Shown here: piece after piece, positions 12,913 through 25,854 of the stretch
Numbering within the stretch: the stretch's first letter is position 1
Layout: every line of letters starts with the position of its first letter
NCBI GenBank assembly: GCA_951406725.2
Contig: OX597828.1
Span: 49,724,001-49,788,000 of the forward strand
DNA: 64,000 bases
Reading direction: 5' to 3'
Origin: Octopus vulgaris
Taxonomy: Eukaryota
Position numbers and translations under genes: made by a program
The notes under the pieces: model-generated
The model's input: the letters and a program-made list of their open reading frames with translations, nothing else
Told to the model about the DNA's origin: nothing
Databases searched by the model: none

Positions 12913-15893
12913 GTATGGATGCAATAAATACTTAATAATTATTCTAACCTCACCTTTTAATAACATTCAATTTAGCACTGGTAATCGACATAAGACCTTA
13001 TAACCCGGTGATACGTCGGTCTAAAAAAGCCTTCTTCCACCAAGTCGTCTCACAATGGCTTTTATCACCGTTTATTTCTTTATAAAGCCTCCACATTTTT
13101 ACAATTACTCGTTTATTTTTACATCAGTCCTCTTCTCTCATTGCTTATAGATCCTTCTTTAAATTCAAACCTGTGAATTTCCATCATATCCACTCCCCTT
13201 TCGTTAATTATGGAGTCTATTCGTCCTCTTTTTAACCTTGTATGAAGGTCAGCGTAGAAAAATCAAACAATCGGCCTTTTATTTTAATTAATACATAACA
13301 TTTATGTGTGTGCATTAAATAAATACTTGCTTTTATTGAAGTGGAATATTACATTTTATGCAATTATCAATATAAAATCTAAATCTTCCTTACATCGAAC
13401 TCCCATCATATATAATAAAGTTCCTTCGCCATGTGCGTGTTTAATTAATTTACATCGTTAATTAGATAAATAAATAATATAAAATAACCTCTGGAAGATG
13501 CCACCATTCGACATTCTATAATTCTATTCTGCTGCATTTATTGAAGCAACAGCAGAAGTTTAACACGAAGCACTTCTATCTGAAGGATTCTGTGTGTTTT
13601 AGTGTAAAATTCGAAATCGTGGATAAAGTGTTATATTTATCTTCTATATTATTATTATAATAAATATATTCCCTCGAAATAAAGTCAGTACTTTAATTTG
13701 TATTCATGAAACCTCTTAAAAAGTTTCCCCTCTGTCTCTCCAACCCAAGAAATGTATCCTTTATCTTAAGACATTGCTGTGTCATTCAAACTTGTCCTCA
13801 TTTTAACATTCATTTGAAGAAGACGGGCACAAAAGACTGAACCATCCCTCCCTCCTTCAATTTAGCTTTTATATATATATATATGTATGTGTGTATATGG
13901 TTCTAATAACATTAGTAACTTGGTGGTAGTTGACTTTGCCTTTCATCCTTTCGGGGTCGATAAATTAAGTACCAGTTACGCACTGGGGTCGATGCAATCG
14001 ACTTAATCCGTTTGTATGTACTTGTTTGTCCTCTCTGTGTTTAGCCCCTGTGGGTAGTAAAGAAATAGGTAGTTGTACCGCCTGTAGATCGAAACCGCAT
14101 TACAGATTCTGTCTGTCCTTATATCTGCATACATTATGCTATGTCGAGCTGCCCTGATTAAGCATATGATCAAAACATTCTAAACGTGACCTTCACTTTA
14201 AAATTTTTTTTATTTTTCTGGTTATAGTTCATCTAAGGTTAGGTTATCTAATGTGTCTTCTTCTCCTTGGGGTGCCATGTTATGTGGTGTGAGCTTTTCT
14301 GATATTTATAGCAGATCGAGTTTACCACGTACAGCTTTTCCTCCTCCTTGATGTGACCCGGCAACGTTGCCAGCGTGGATGGATGTTGCTGCAGTCAACA
14401 GATATTTTTCTTTATTTGACATGTTGATCCGTCAACATTGACTTGGAGGTAGTTGTGGCGTTCATGCATGTGCCAAGGGCATTGCTGTGTTTGCTTTGTG
14501 ATTCAGGGTTAATTATAAATGAGGGTTTGCTCAGATTTAATAATCTAACGTGATGTACTACTGCAAATCTACGGTTGCTTATACTCGTAACTTTGACGAG
14601 TATTTAAGACGTATCGTATATGCTACTATCAAGGTGACCATTATGTCACCTTGGGATTATATATAAACATCCCCTATTTCTCAGTCATTTGATCCCCAAA
14701 AGACTGACCACTAACTGAAAAACTATTTGACCTTGCTACTTTTCAAATATCACAATATTGTAAATATTTACATTCTTAGTTTCAAACCTTTCTGGTGTTG
14801 ATTGCTTCCATCGTCATTTTACAAAATCAGAATATATTTAACAATAAGCAGAGTTTGCTCCCAGGTCGTTGAATCTGCAAACTAAAGTTACTAATGTCCT
14901 TGACAGCATGAACATCACAACATACACCCCTGTTTTATGCCGAATATTGTTGTTTCGGTTTACACAACGTATATATTTCCCCATGTTTGTAGGTGTTTGG
15001 TGAGTGTCAAATGCTTCTCTCTCTCTCTGTTCTATCATTTAAAGGTCATTTTAACCTCTGTATATTTCTGACAAAACAACAGCTATGCGATACAGTGGAG
15101 TAACTCACCTAAACATATACATAATAGAGGTTTTGCCAAAACTGATTAATTCAATATTTTGACTGTTTACTACAAGGGGAGTGTATATTGATGTCACAGG
15201 CAAGAGCCTTCTGTATGCATAAAATCAGTGTTTGCTTTCAATTCAATTGGTAGAGAGGTGTACAAGATACTTTGCTGTATTCATTTAAATCACTTCACGT
15301 TCCTGGTTCAAATCCCCATCAAGATTGACTTTGGTATGTTTTAATTGACTCTAAAAAATGAATTTGGAGTCAATAAACTCAACTGTACTCTGGCGCCAAA
15401 ATGGTTAATCTTTCATTTAATCCATGCCATTATTAATGTTGTCTTACACAATTGTTCCTTTTTATGTTCTTTATCTTTGATGCTGGCATGCGTTGGAGGA
15501 ATACCTTATTATTGTATTGTTTTACAGCCAAATGTCCTTCCTGGCATTGACCCTTGGTTTTGAAGTAAGAGTTCTCTTATTCCACATCATTGAAAGCATA
15601 GAGTGAACAAACAAGTTATTATCGGTACAAGTACAAATAACATCACCAGTTAAACCTGATGACTTTCAAATAAGCAATCACAGGTGTAAACACATGCATG
15701 CAGACACAGTATTTATACGTATTCAACTAGCTTCTTTTTCGTTTCCAAATTCTCCCACTTTTTGCTGTGCATTTGGGACTCAACCAAAATCATGTTGCAA
15801 TTGAGACTGCTAAAATCATGTTATATAAAATGTGAGAATGTTTCCTGTTTCTTGTCTTTGTAATATATTGATTGAATTCGTTCCTCCTTTTAG

Positions 15894-15969
15894 GTCTGCA
15901 CCAATGCCCTTGGAGCTGGCGCTATTGCGATCAGGAAATTCTCTGCCACCACACCCTCTAGGGCTGCTG
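15894..15969 (+). CDS. ATP5F1A: ATP synthase alpha exon 2 (VCTNALGAGAIAIRKFSATTPSRAA)
   Basis: ttttag acceptor and G|gtaagt donor; phases 0 to 1 join exons 1 and 3. Confidence 0.88.
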
Positions 15970-17459
15970 GTAAGTGTTAATAACTCCTTCACCTATGCCA
16001 AAGGGAGTTGGTCCTCTCTTGATGGTTGATGTTATAGGGCAGTCGTGAACAAATTGTATCCCACAAGAATTTCTGAATGGTACACCGAACAATAAATTAC
16101 CTTGAGTTTTAATAATGCAATCCACCTGGTGAGGGACCATGCGTCGAGCAGCCTGCTTCTCAGGAAAGGTCGCATATGTCTTACAGGGGTATGGTTAATT
16201 AAGCCAAACATGGCATCACAGGATGTATAGCTATAACCCTGTGAACGTTTATGTGAAACTGGGGGTTGATAAAATATTGTGAAAGTAATTATCTAAAAAT
16301 GTATTGAAGACATGGCTATGAGATTTAAAGTCCTTCATAATGGAACTAATTATTTTGGTCACAGAATTATACAGGATTCTGTTGGTAGGGATAATGATTT
16401 ACACTCATATTTAAGGTGCTGACTGTTAACTCAAAAGTAATATTTTGATGACTTCAATCTGCTTAATCTTCAAGTTTGGATTTATCCATTGAATATCAGA
16501 TTAAGGGCATTGATCCATTGCAATCCTGCAGTATTATGACATCCTTTTCCCTAAACTTTTGTGGGAAATGTTCATATTTTAGCAGTCATCAAAGCTTGAA
16601 GTCTGTCTTTGTTTTATTATTAATCTGTCAGGTAGTTAGTGGCAAATCAAAATAGACATGAAGGTGTCCATGTATGAATGCTGTTGGAAGTGTTCTGTTT
16701 CTAACCCTCTTCATGTCATTGGAATATATTTCTGCTTCAGTGCTACATATTTCAAAAAAAATTTCATTTGGAAATTCAGGAATGTTGCATGTAGAATAGA
16801 AGTGTCTGGTAATTAAATACATAGTTATGGTGATGAGCTGGCAGTGATTAGTTTTGAGGGTGGAGAGAGAATGTTTTGCAGTATTTCTTCCTGCTTTTTA
16901 CATCTGGAGTTCAAATCATCCTGTCATGGTCAACTTAGCCTTTTGTCTGTCCATGGTTGATAAAAACACCAGTCTACTACTGGGATCATTCTCATGTTCT
17001 GCTCCCCTCAAAATTGTTAGCCTCGTGGCTAAATCAGAATATATCATTAACCCTTTAGTGTTTAAACCATCCATGTCTGGCTGAAATATTTTGTGCTTTT
17101 TATGTTACAACTGGCCAGATCAGGTCTCTTACACCTGCCCTCAAATGTCATTCTGAAAATGAATAATCACATCAAAATCTGAAAGCTACACAATGATACA
17201 TGATTAATTCAAAACGGTGTGAATAACTAAGCATTGCATTTGACAGAATATAATCTGAATGCTAATGGTTTAAATATTTGGTGAGGCTACTTTAGCCTCA
17301 TCTAACCAACTCAACCAACTCATTTCATCAACATAATTCAATAAAAATATTTTCATTATTCATTAGACCCATTACATTGTTTTTTATTTTTTTTACATTC
17401 TGCTAATAATTTTCTGTTGAAATGTTTCATTCACTGGTAGAGTATCTAATTCTTTATAG

Positions 17460-17626
17460 GTGCTGAGGTCTCTTCAATCCTTGAAGAGAGAATCCTTGGT
17501 CAATCTGCCAAAGCAGACCTTGAAGAAACTGGCAAAGTCTTATCAATTGGTGATGGTATTGCCCGTGTCTATGGACTGAAGAATATCCAGGCTGAGGAGA
17601 TGGTAGAGTTCTCCAGTGGCCTTAAG
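17460..17626 (+). CDS. ATP5F1A: ATP synthase alpha exon 3 ([13 protein letters not shown]...[30 protein letters not shown])
   Basis: Conserved F1-alpha N-terminal sequence; canonical ag/gt sites. Confidence 0.97.
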
Positions 17627-19518
17627 GTATATCTCCATTTCTATTATTGATGATTTTGCGGTGGGGGAACAAAGGAATGTCACTCATATCAAGTCTTTGT
17701 AAACCATAGAGGCTTGTATGCTTGTTAGGATTAGTTGTACCAGTAATATAATGAGGAATACGTATCAGTTATTCTTTTACTTGTTTCAGTCATTTGACTG
17801 CAGCCATGCTGGAGCACTGCCTTTAGTCGAACAAATCAATGCCAGGACTTAATTCTTTGTAAGCCTAATACATATTCTATCAGTTTCTTTTGCTGAACCA
17901 CTTTGATCGGCCCTAGGCTATAGTAAAAGACACTCAAGGTGCCATGTAGTGGGATTGAACCTGGAACCATGTTGGGCAGCAAGCTTCTTATAACACATAG
18001 CTATGTGCCTAGTTTATTGATTCATAAGAAATACCAACTACCAAATCCACTCGCTTACTGACTTATAAGAAATCTCAACTCAAGGCTATGATTTGGTAGT
18101 CATTAGAACATCAGATAGTGCAGGAAGTCGGAAAAAGTACTGCAGTGCAATTTGAATTCAGCTCCTGCCTGAAGTAAGTTTTGCCTTTCACCCTTGGGTG
18201 GGGTGAGGGTGAAAAGTACTGATTAAGGGTAGTAGATTGGCAGAGCTATAACAACATTGGACCAGGTGCCCTGTGATATTTGTTTCAGTTCTCTGTATTT
18301 TGAGTTCAAATTCTTTAGCTTATTTGTCAAATAGACTTAATGTATGGCCTGATTCAACACCACCACCAGGCACTTTGAGTGCCCTTCATGGAGTCTACTC
18401 TGTTACAAGCATTTCAGACGAGCTCTTAAATTTGAGGATAGATGCCTCTCTTTCGCCAGTCCTGAAGGCCTGGCACTGCTTCTTTTTTTTTTTCTTATTA
18501 AAGGTTTTTAAATGTTTGAGTCTCCATTAATGTTTACTATATTTCTGTCTAAGTAGGACATTCTGTATATTTATACTACATAAAAATATGTAGGCCAAAT
18601 AGCTTTGTTATTCCATCTCTTTAATTGGTATTTAATTGGTGAGATCCATCTCATATGAAGTTAGTGTTTTCCTGGTGTGTTATGGCTCCAGAGAGCTAAA
18701 TATTTGCTGCCAGAGCTTAGATTCTATCTTACCCTCTTTCTTCAGTTACTCCTCTCGGTGAACTTAAAATTTAATATCTTAGATCCTCTTCGTCCTAATT
18801 ATCACCCATAGATTGTAGTACCAAGCTCTAATTGTGGACGGGGTAGACCCAGGAAGATGTGGGACAAAGTTGTGTGACAGGGTCTTCAGATGCTGGGCCT
18901 CACTAAGGAACTGGGAGATGTGGCAATTTGCTGTACTTGATAAGATACATCAAGCTAAATATAATCACTGTCTTCCACTCACAGAAGCTTATCCTCTCGG
19001 GTGCCAGTGCTACTAAAAAGGCACCCAGCACACTGTTAAGTGATTGGCATTAAGATGAGCAACCAGCCATAGAAACCATTCCACAACAGACAGTCAAAGT
19101 GTAGACGGCTCCATGTCAAACCATCCAGCCCATGCCAGCATGGAAAGTGGATATTAACCCTTTTGTTACCAACCCGGCTGAAACTGGCTCTGGTTTTGAG
19201 TACAAATGTCTTGTTTTCAATAGTTTTGAATTAAAATCTTCCACCAAACCTTAGTCACAATTTATGTTCCTAACACTAGCTGAATGATAACTGAGTTATT
19301 TTACTAAATTCTTTGTTATATTTAAAGTAATTGAAAGAAATACAGTAACGAAAGGGCTAAACAATGATGATGATTATCCAATGTTAACTAGACAGTAAAA
19401 TAAGTGAACAAGTTTTCTCTTAATTATCTTTAACTTAACTAATGTCATTAATTAGCCATGAAACAGAATTGTGACAAATAGTTTCTCTTTTAACCTTTTG
19501 TTTTTCAATTTGATTTAG

Positions 19519-19692
19519 GGTATGGCTCTTAACTTGGAACCTGATAACGTTGGTGTTGTCGTCTTTGGTAACGACAAACTGATTAAAGAAGGTGACATTG
19601 TGAAAAGAACTGGAGCCATTGTCGATGTTCCTGTTGGACCAGAGCTTCTTGGTCGTGTTGTTGATGCTCTGGGTAACGTCATTGATGGAAAG
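19519..19692 (+). CDS. ATP5F1A: ATP synthase alpha exon 4 ([17 protein letters not shown]...[15 protein letters not shown])
   Basis: Conserved sequence; 174 nt, phase 0/0. Confidence 0.97.
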
Positions 19693-19724
19693 GTCAGTGT
19701 CTCCTCTATTTTCTATTTGATGTA

Positions 19725-20109
19725 CAGTAATCACTCACCATATTGCGATTCACCTATTGCACAGAGTTTTTGGCTAATATATGCAACTTTATGTCAGGGA
19801 TTTTTGCAGCCGATACGTATTTATATCTTTTTAGATTTTAATTATTTCTGTGGTAAAATAAGCATTTTTATGCCTAAGAATTAATACAGGAAAATGCAGT
19901 ACAGTAACACATTAATTAAAATATATTAAAACAAAAAAATGTAGTGTACTGTAGAAGAGAAAATGAAACTTGGGAGGAAAGTGTGTGGTGTTGTTTTGCA
20001 TTCATAATAAAATATATACAAATTATAAAAAAAATATACAGTACTGTTTCTACTTCGTGGATGGGGTGGGGATTGGAATATAACACCTGCAATAATCGAG
20101 GAATTATTG
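19725..20109. mobile_element. Tigger/pogo-like MITE in ATP5F1A intron 4
   Basis: TA|CAGTAATCACTC...GAGGAATTATTG|TA degenerate TIRs. Confidence 0.6.
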
Positions 20110-20224
20110 TATAGCCATTAATAACACTAATAGTAGACATTAACATTTGTGTCTAATGTTTAAATTTGAAGATGGCCATCATTTTATTTGATTATATCTA
20201 ATACATCCCTTTTAAACTTTCCAG

Positions 20225-20391
20225 GGCAATTTGACTTCTCCTAAGCGTGCTCGTGTCGGTATAAAAGCCCCAGGTATCATTCCTAGGATATCTGTACGCG
20301 AGCCCATGCAAACTGGCATCAAAGCTGTTGATAGCTTGGTCCCTATTGGCCGAGGTCAGCGAGAGTTGATCATTGGTGACAGGCAGACTGG
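20225..20391 (+). CDS. ATP5F1A: ATP synthase alpha exon 5 ([43 protein letters not shown])
   Basis: Conserved; carries the first part of Walker A (GDRQTGKT). Confidence 0.97.
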
Positions 20392-20521
20392 GTAAGTTCC
20401 GTGTTGGATTCATATTCTGATTCCTGTTAGCATAATTTAATAATGTAGCTTCTGCATGTTAATTGATCTCCTTACAAAATTGTTCAGCAATCTTAAGTGA
20501 AGTTCTTTGTTTCACTTCCAG

Positions 20522-20670
20522 CAAAACTGCCATTGCTATTGACACTATCATCAACCAGAAGCGTTTCAATGAGGGCACTGATGAGACCAAGAAACTTTAC
20601 TGTATTTACATTGCTATTGGCCAGAAAAGATCCACTGTAGCTCAGATTGTCAAGCGACTTACAGATGCCG
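20522..20670 (+). CDS. ATP5F1A: ATP synthase alpha exon 6 ([16 protein letters not shown]...[19 protein letters not shown])
   Basis: Conserved; phase 2 to 1. Confidence 0.97.
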
Positions 20671-20796
20671 GTAAATATCTACACTTTAATTACTGCTGCT
20701 TGTTATTTTGATTTTAAAATAAATGGTGCTTGAGACATTGAAACTCATTTAAAAAAAATAATTTTTCTCTCTCTCTTTCTCTCTCTCACCTCCTAA

Positions 20797-21144
<348 letters not shown>

Positions 21145-21940
21145 TGAGTGTAGTGGGTGCCTTTTACGTGCCACTGGCACAGGTGTCAGACGAGGCTGGC
21201 AAACGGCCACGATCGGATGGTGCTTTCAGTGGATGGCAAAACTGGAAATTCAGATCATAGTGTTCACTAGTTCAATCCTTAATGCACAACACTGAAAAGT
21301 TTCCAAGCCTAGTTGAACTCAGATGGAATAATGTCTACAAAAGGGCATTTTCTGTTTTTTTCCTCTCCTCAAGGAGGTAAGGGGCAGTGACCCCACGACC
21401 CTTTACCCTCTGTGACTGATGGAGAAGGAAGGAGAGAGGAAATTCTTCAAACCAGTGACCTAGGGGATCACTAATGACACCTGGTGTTGGGTTGTGATAA
21501 GGTGGGCAGCTAATTGATTGTACTACCCACATAGGCAAAGGTAAAGGTCATAAAAGTCATACCGACTCGTAAGGGCCAGTTTCATGGCACATATATTCCC
21601 CACCTGGACAGTACGCTGGTTCGTTGCAGGGTTAATCATTTTTGTCGGCTGAGTGGACTGGAACAACATGAAATGAAGTGGTTTGCTCAAGAACATGTAA
21701 CCCAATCCAAGAATCGAAACCACAATCTTACAATCGTGTGTCCGACACCCTAACCACTAAGTCACATGCTTCCACACCACCCAGGTAGGCTATGGAGGCA
21801 GGATTTAAACTCAGAAGACTCAAGAGAACAGGGACAGAAACCAACATTCTTACAGTTGAATTATCCTGGTTGGGGTGTGTGGGTGTGTGTCTTTTTCTTT
21901 TCTTTTTCCAATCCCTGAAAGGATGAAAAGTAAAAGTTGA

Positions 21941-22456
<516 letters not shown>

Positions 22457-23082
22457 TAGTTACAGCTACTCTCATGTCTTTGATCTTTGGCATTCAGATA
22501 GTTCTGTCAAATGTAACAGTTATCTGTTCACATTGTTTTGAATTAATCATGCATTGCCTTGCTTCTCTGAGATTTTGATGTTGTGATTGCTTATTTTTAG
22601 AATGACATTGTAGGGTAGGTGTGAGAGGCCAGATCTGGTTATTTTGAACATAAATGGAATGGAATATCTTGTGGATATGGCCAGTTTAAATGCTAAAGGG
22701 TTACTTATAAATAAGCTAGTTGTAGCAAAGAAAGAATGCCTGTCCTTTATTTAATATAAATTCATTTACCATTTTCGGTTTCATAAATAAAAACAAATGC
22801 AGAAGTTATCAAAGAATTGTTACTAATATTATCAGTTTAATTTTTTTTCATTACTATTTTGAAAAGTAACGAATTTAGTAAAATAAGTCATTATTAAGCC
22901 AGTGTTCAGGATATAAATTAACATGAAATTTTGACAGGTTTTTTATACGGGTCATTTTAAAATAGGAAATGTGTATCGTAGGACCACGTAGTACCAGCTT
23001 GGTATGAAAATGATTAAGGATTATTGTTTTACAATACATAAACTTAATTAACTGTTGCTTCAATTTGTAAATTTTTGTGCAG

Positions 23083-23227
23083 GTGGCTGGCTCTATGAAA
23101 CTTGAATTGGCTCAGTATCGTGAAGTTGAAGCTTTCGCTCAGTTTGGATCTGATTTAGATCAGTCTACCCAAAACCTTTTGAACAGGGGTGTCAGGTTGA
23201 CAGAGTTACTCAAACAAGGCCAATATT
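23083..23227 (+). CDS. ATP5F1A: ATP synthase alpha exon 9 ([26 protein letters not shown]...LLKQGQY)
   Basis: Conserved; canonical splice sites. Confidence 0.97.
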
Positions 23228-23334
23228 GTAAGTAAATTTCAGTTTACAACTTATATTGAGTTTCAAATCTTCAAATCTCATCACACATTAGTAACATTAC
23301 ATTGTTTTCTCCCTTTTCTCTTTCTTTTGTCAAG

Positions 23335-23567
23335 GTCCTATGGCTATTGAAGAACAGGTTGCAACCATTTATGCTGGTGTGAGAGGTTATTTGGACAAGT
23401 TGGAACCAAATAAGATTACTCTTTTTGAGGAGCAGTTTTCTAAGCATGTGCAAGCTACCCAACAAGAGCTCTTGAAGAAGATCCGTGAAGATGGTCAAAT
23501 CACACCTGAAAGTGATGCCAAATTAAAAGCTGTTGTAACTGATTTCCTTTCCGGCTTCTCTCCTTAA
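23335..23567 (+). CDS. ATP5F1A: ATP synthase alpha exon 10, terminal (PMAIEEQV...DFLSGFSP*)
   Basis: Conserved C-terminus with TAA; the joined CDS is 1656 nt (551 aa). Confidence 0.96.
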
Positions 23568-23681
23568 AGGCTGATGGTTTTTAGGAAAGTGAAACGGGAG
23601 AAATATTGGTTACATCATTAGTTATCATTGAGCTGCCTCATGTTAAAACCTTCGTCTTAGATGTATGTACAGACGTTTATT

Positions 23682-23687
23682 AATAAA
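23682..23687 (+). terminator. Polyadenylation signal of ATP5F1A
   Basis: AATAAA 115 nt after the stop, followed by T/GT-rich sequence. Confidence 0.75.
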
Positions 23688-23785
23688 TGAAAATAACTTC
23701 CAATTGTGATTTGTCTTCATTGCATCTCACACATCATCTCAATGAAATCTGTATTCACTTGTTTGTTCATTACCATTATTTAGAT

Positions 23786-23997
23786 CAGTAGTTTTCAACC
23801 CGGGTCCATAGAAGATTTTATTAAAATTTCTGTACAATAGGTTATACTTCTACAATACACAAAATATTTTAATGTTTCTATACTATTCTTAATATTATAA
23901 AAAAATTTTTTATATACTGTGAATTGCTATGGAGATCAAATAGAGTAAAATATGGACCAAAAGAGGTCCATAGACAAAAAATGGTTGAGAACCACTG
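23786..23997. mobile_element. hAT MITE (CAGTRGTTYTCAACC TIR)
   Basis: Exact 8-bp TSD ATTTAGAT; related copy at 11686-11981. Confidence 0.85.
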
Positions 23998-25653
23998 ATT
24001 TAGATGAATGTATATTATTGTGCCAGTACCGCCTGGCTGGCCCCCCATGCCGGTGGCACGTAAAAAGCACCCACTATACTCTCGGAGTGGTTGGCGTTAG
24101 GAAGGGCATCCAGCTGTAGAAACTCTGCCAAATCAAGATTGGTGTCTGGTGCAGCCATCTGGTTCACCAGCCCTCAGTCAAAATCGTCCAACCCATGCTA
24201 GCATGGAAAGTGGACGTTAAACGATGATGATGTTTTACTGGTGGATGTTTTTCAAGTAAGGGATCTCTTATTCTGCACTTTTTCGACAGCACACCATCCT
24301 TGGACAGTTTGTTGAGAGGGGAACAACAAACTTCAATGCTTTTAGCTTGGTACTTTTTCATTCAAATTGCAGATGATGTAAGCATTCATACATTTATACA
24401 TATTTGTATATGTGGCAAGCTGAGACTACTGTAGAAGTCTTACCTAAGGTGCCATGCAGTGGGACTGAACCTAAAACCACACCAACCACTTTACAAAGTG
24501 GCCTGGGGACAGTGTATATCATGACACGAATATTAGAGATTGTTGTGTCTTCATTAGTCACACACAATCTTTATGACATGGCCAAACAAACAGTTACTTA
24601 GACAGAATTCAATCCTACAACGAAATAAACATGCTTGTGATAGACATCTGTGTACCATACGTGATGTACATCATTGGAAGGCATGTTACTGTGGTTTTTG
24701 TCTGAGAAAATCTATTCATAGATGTAATTTTTTAAAAATCTGGGAGACAATCATCATCTCAGTTATGGTTTATGTACCAACCCTCTTGGGCTTCTGATAT
24801 TCACTCTGCTTCTATACAGTGGCAGCACATGTGCTGGAGCCTTGTAAAATGCACCCAGTAAACTCTGGAAAGTGGTTGTCATTAGGAAGGTCGTCCAGTC
24901 GTAGAAACCATGCCAAAAAAGACTACTGGAGCCTGTTGCAGCTCATCAAATCATCCAACATATGCCAGCATGGAAAATGGATGTTAAATGATGTTGTTGA
25001 CATGGCTTGGAAGAAATGTTCTCTCAGGCTAAAACCACATACCTTTCAGTGGTATAAATATATGGTATGGTACTCTGATGGCTATTTTAATTTCATGCTG
25101 TTTCAGTTGCAGATACAGACTTTTAGACATGCTCATCAATTTATAAATACACACCTTCCACATGTGTAAAATAGATTTGATGTTCTTTATCATCCAGCTG
25201 TGATGCAGATGGCAGTATATTTGTTATCCTTTCTTTTTGTTTCAATCATTAGGCTGTGGGTATATTGGGACACCACCTTCAAGAATTTTTAGTCTGATGA
25301 CTTGGCCCCTGTATATTTTTTTTCCTTTTGAGCCTCATACTTATTTTGTTGGTCTTGTTTGCTGAACCATCTAGTCACGGACATAAACACACCAACACTG
25401 TCAAGCAGTGGCAGGGGACAGGCACCAAGACACACACACACACAACTATGACAGGCTTCTTTCAGTTTCCATCTACCTGGTCAACCTGGGGCTATAGTAG
25501 AAGACACTTGCCCAGGGCGCCATGCACTGGGACTGAACTCAAAACCATGTGGTTGGGAACCAAGCTTATTACCACACACTCCAATAACATTATTTAAAAT
25601 AATAAATGGAATAACTCACTCCAACAACATAGTCTTCAGTGATGATATATATT

Positions 25654-25854
25654 TTATGATTTTTCTAGTTTATCAAACCAATTCTTTATATAGGTGTTTG
25701 TATCATTCATGTCTGAGAGAATATTCAGTAAGAAATCTTCAAATAATTCCGGCCAAATCCGAGACACTTCACTTCGTTTCTTCTCTGCATGTAACACATT
25801 CCTTACAATTTCAGACACGTACTCTTTGGCTAGTCTCTTGCAGATCTTTGACTT
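25654..25854 (-). CDS. LRRC49: LRRC49 terminal coding exon (KSKICKRLAKEYV...IWPELFEDF...DKLEKS*)
   Basis: Matches LWPQMFIELV...SYMK; TAA at 25654-25656; joined CDS 2469 nt. Confidence 0.9.
   Translation of the reverse strand, partial: KSKICKRLAKEYVSEIVRNVLHAEKKRSEVSRIWPELFEDFLLNILSDMNDTNTYIKNWFDKLEKS

Noticed and set aside
16140-16270. Intronic RNase P/MRP RNA (GGAAAGGTC resembles CR-I)
   Set aside because: No complementary CR-V/P4 partner found
16444-16593. C/D box snoRNA (TGATGA at 16446)
   Set aside because: The box is fully base-paired and there is no terminal CTGA
16655-16825. Telomerase RNA (CTAACCCT at 16701) or H/ACA snoRNA in ATP5F1A intron 2
   Set aside because: The template-like 8-mer lies inside a stem with no visible pseudoknot; no ANANNA hinge, and the ACA spacing is non-canonical
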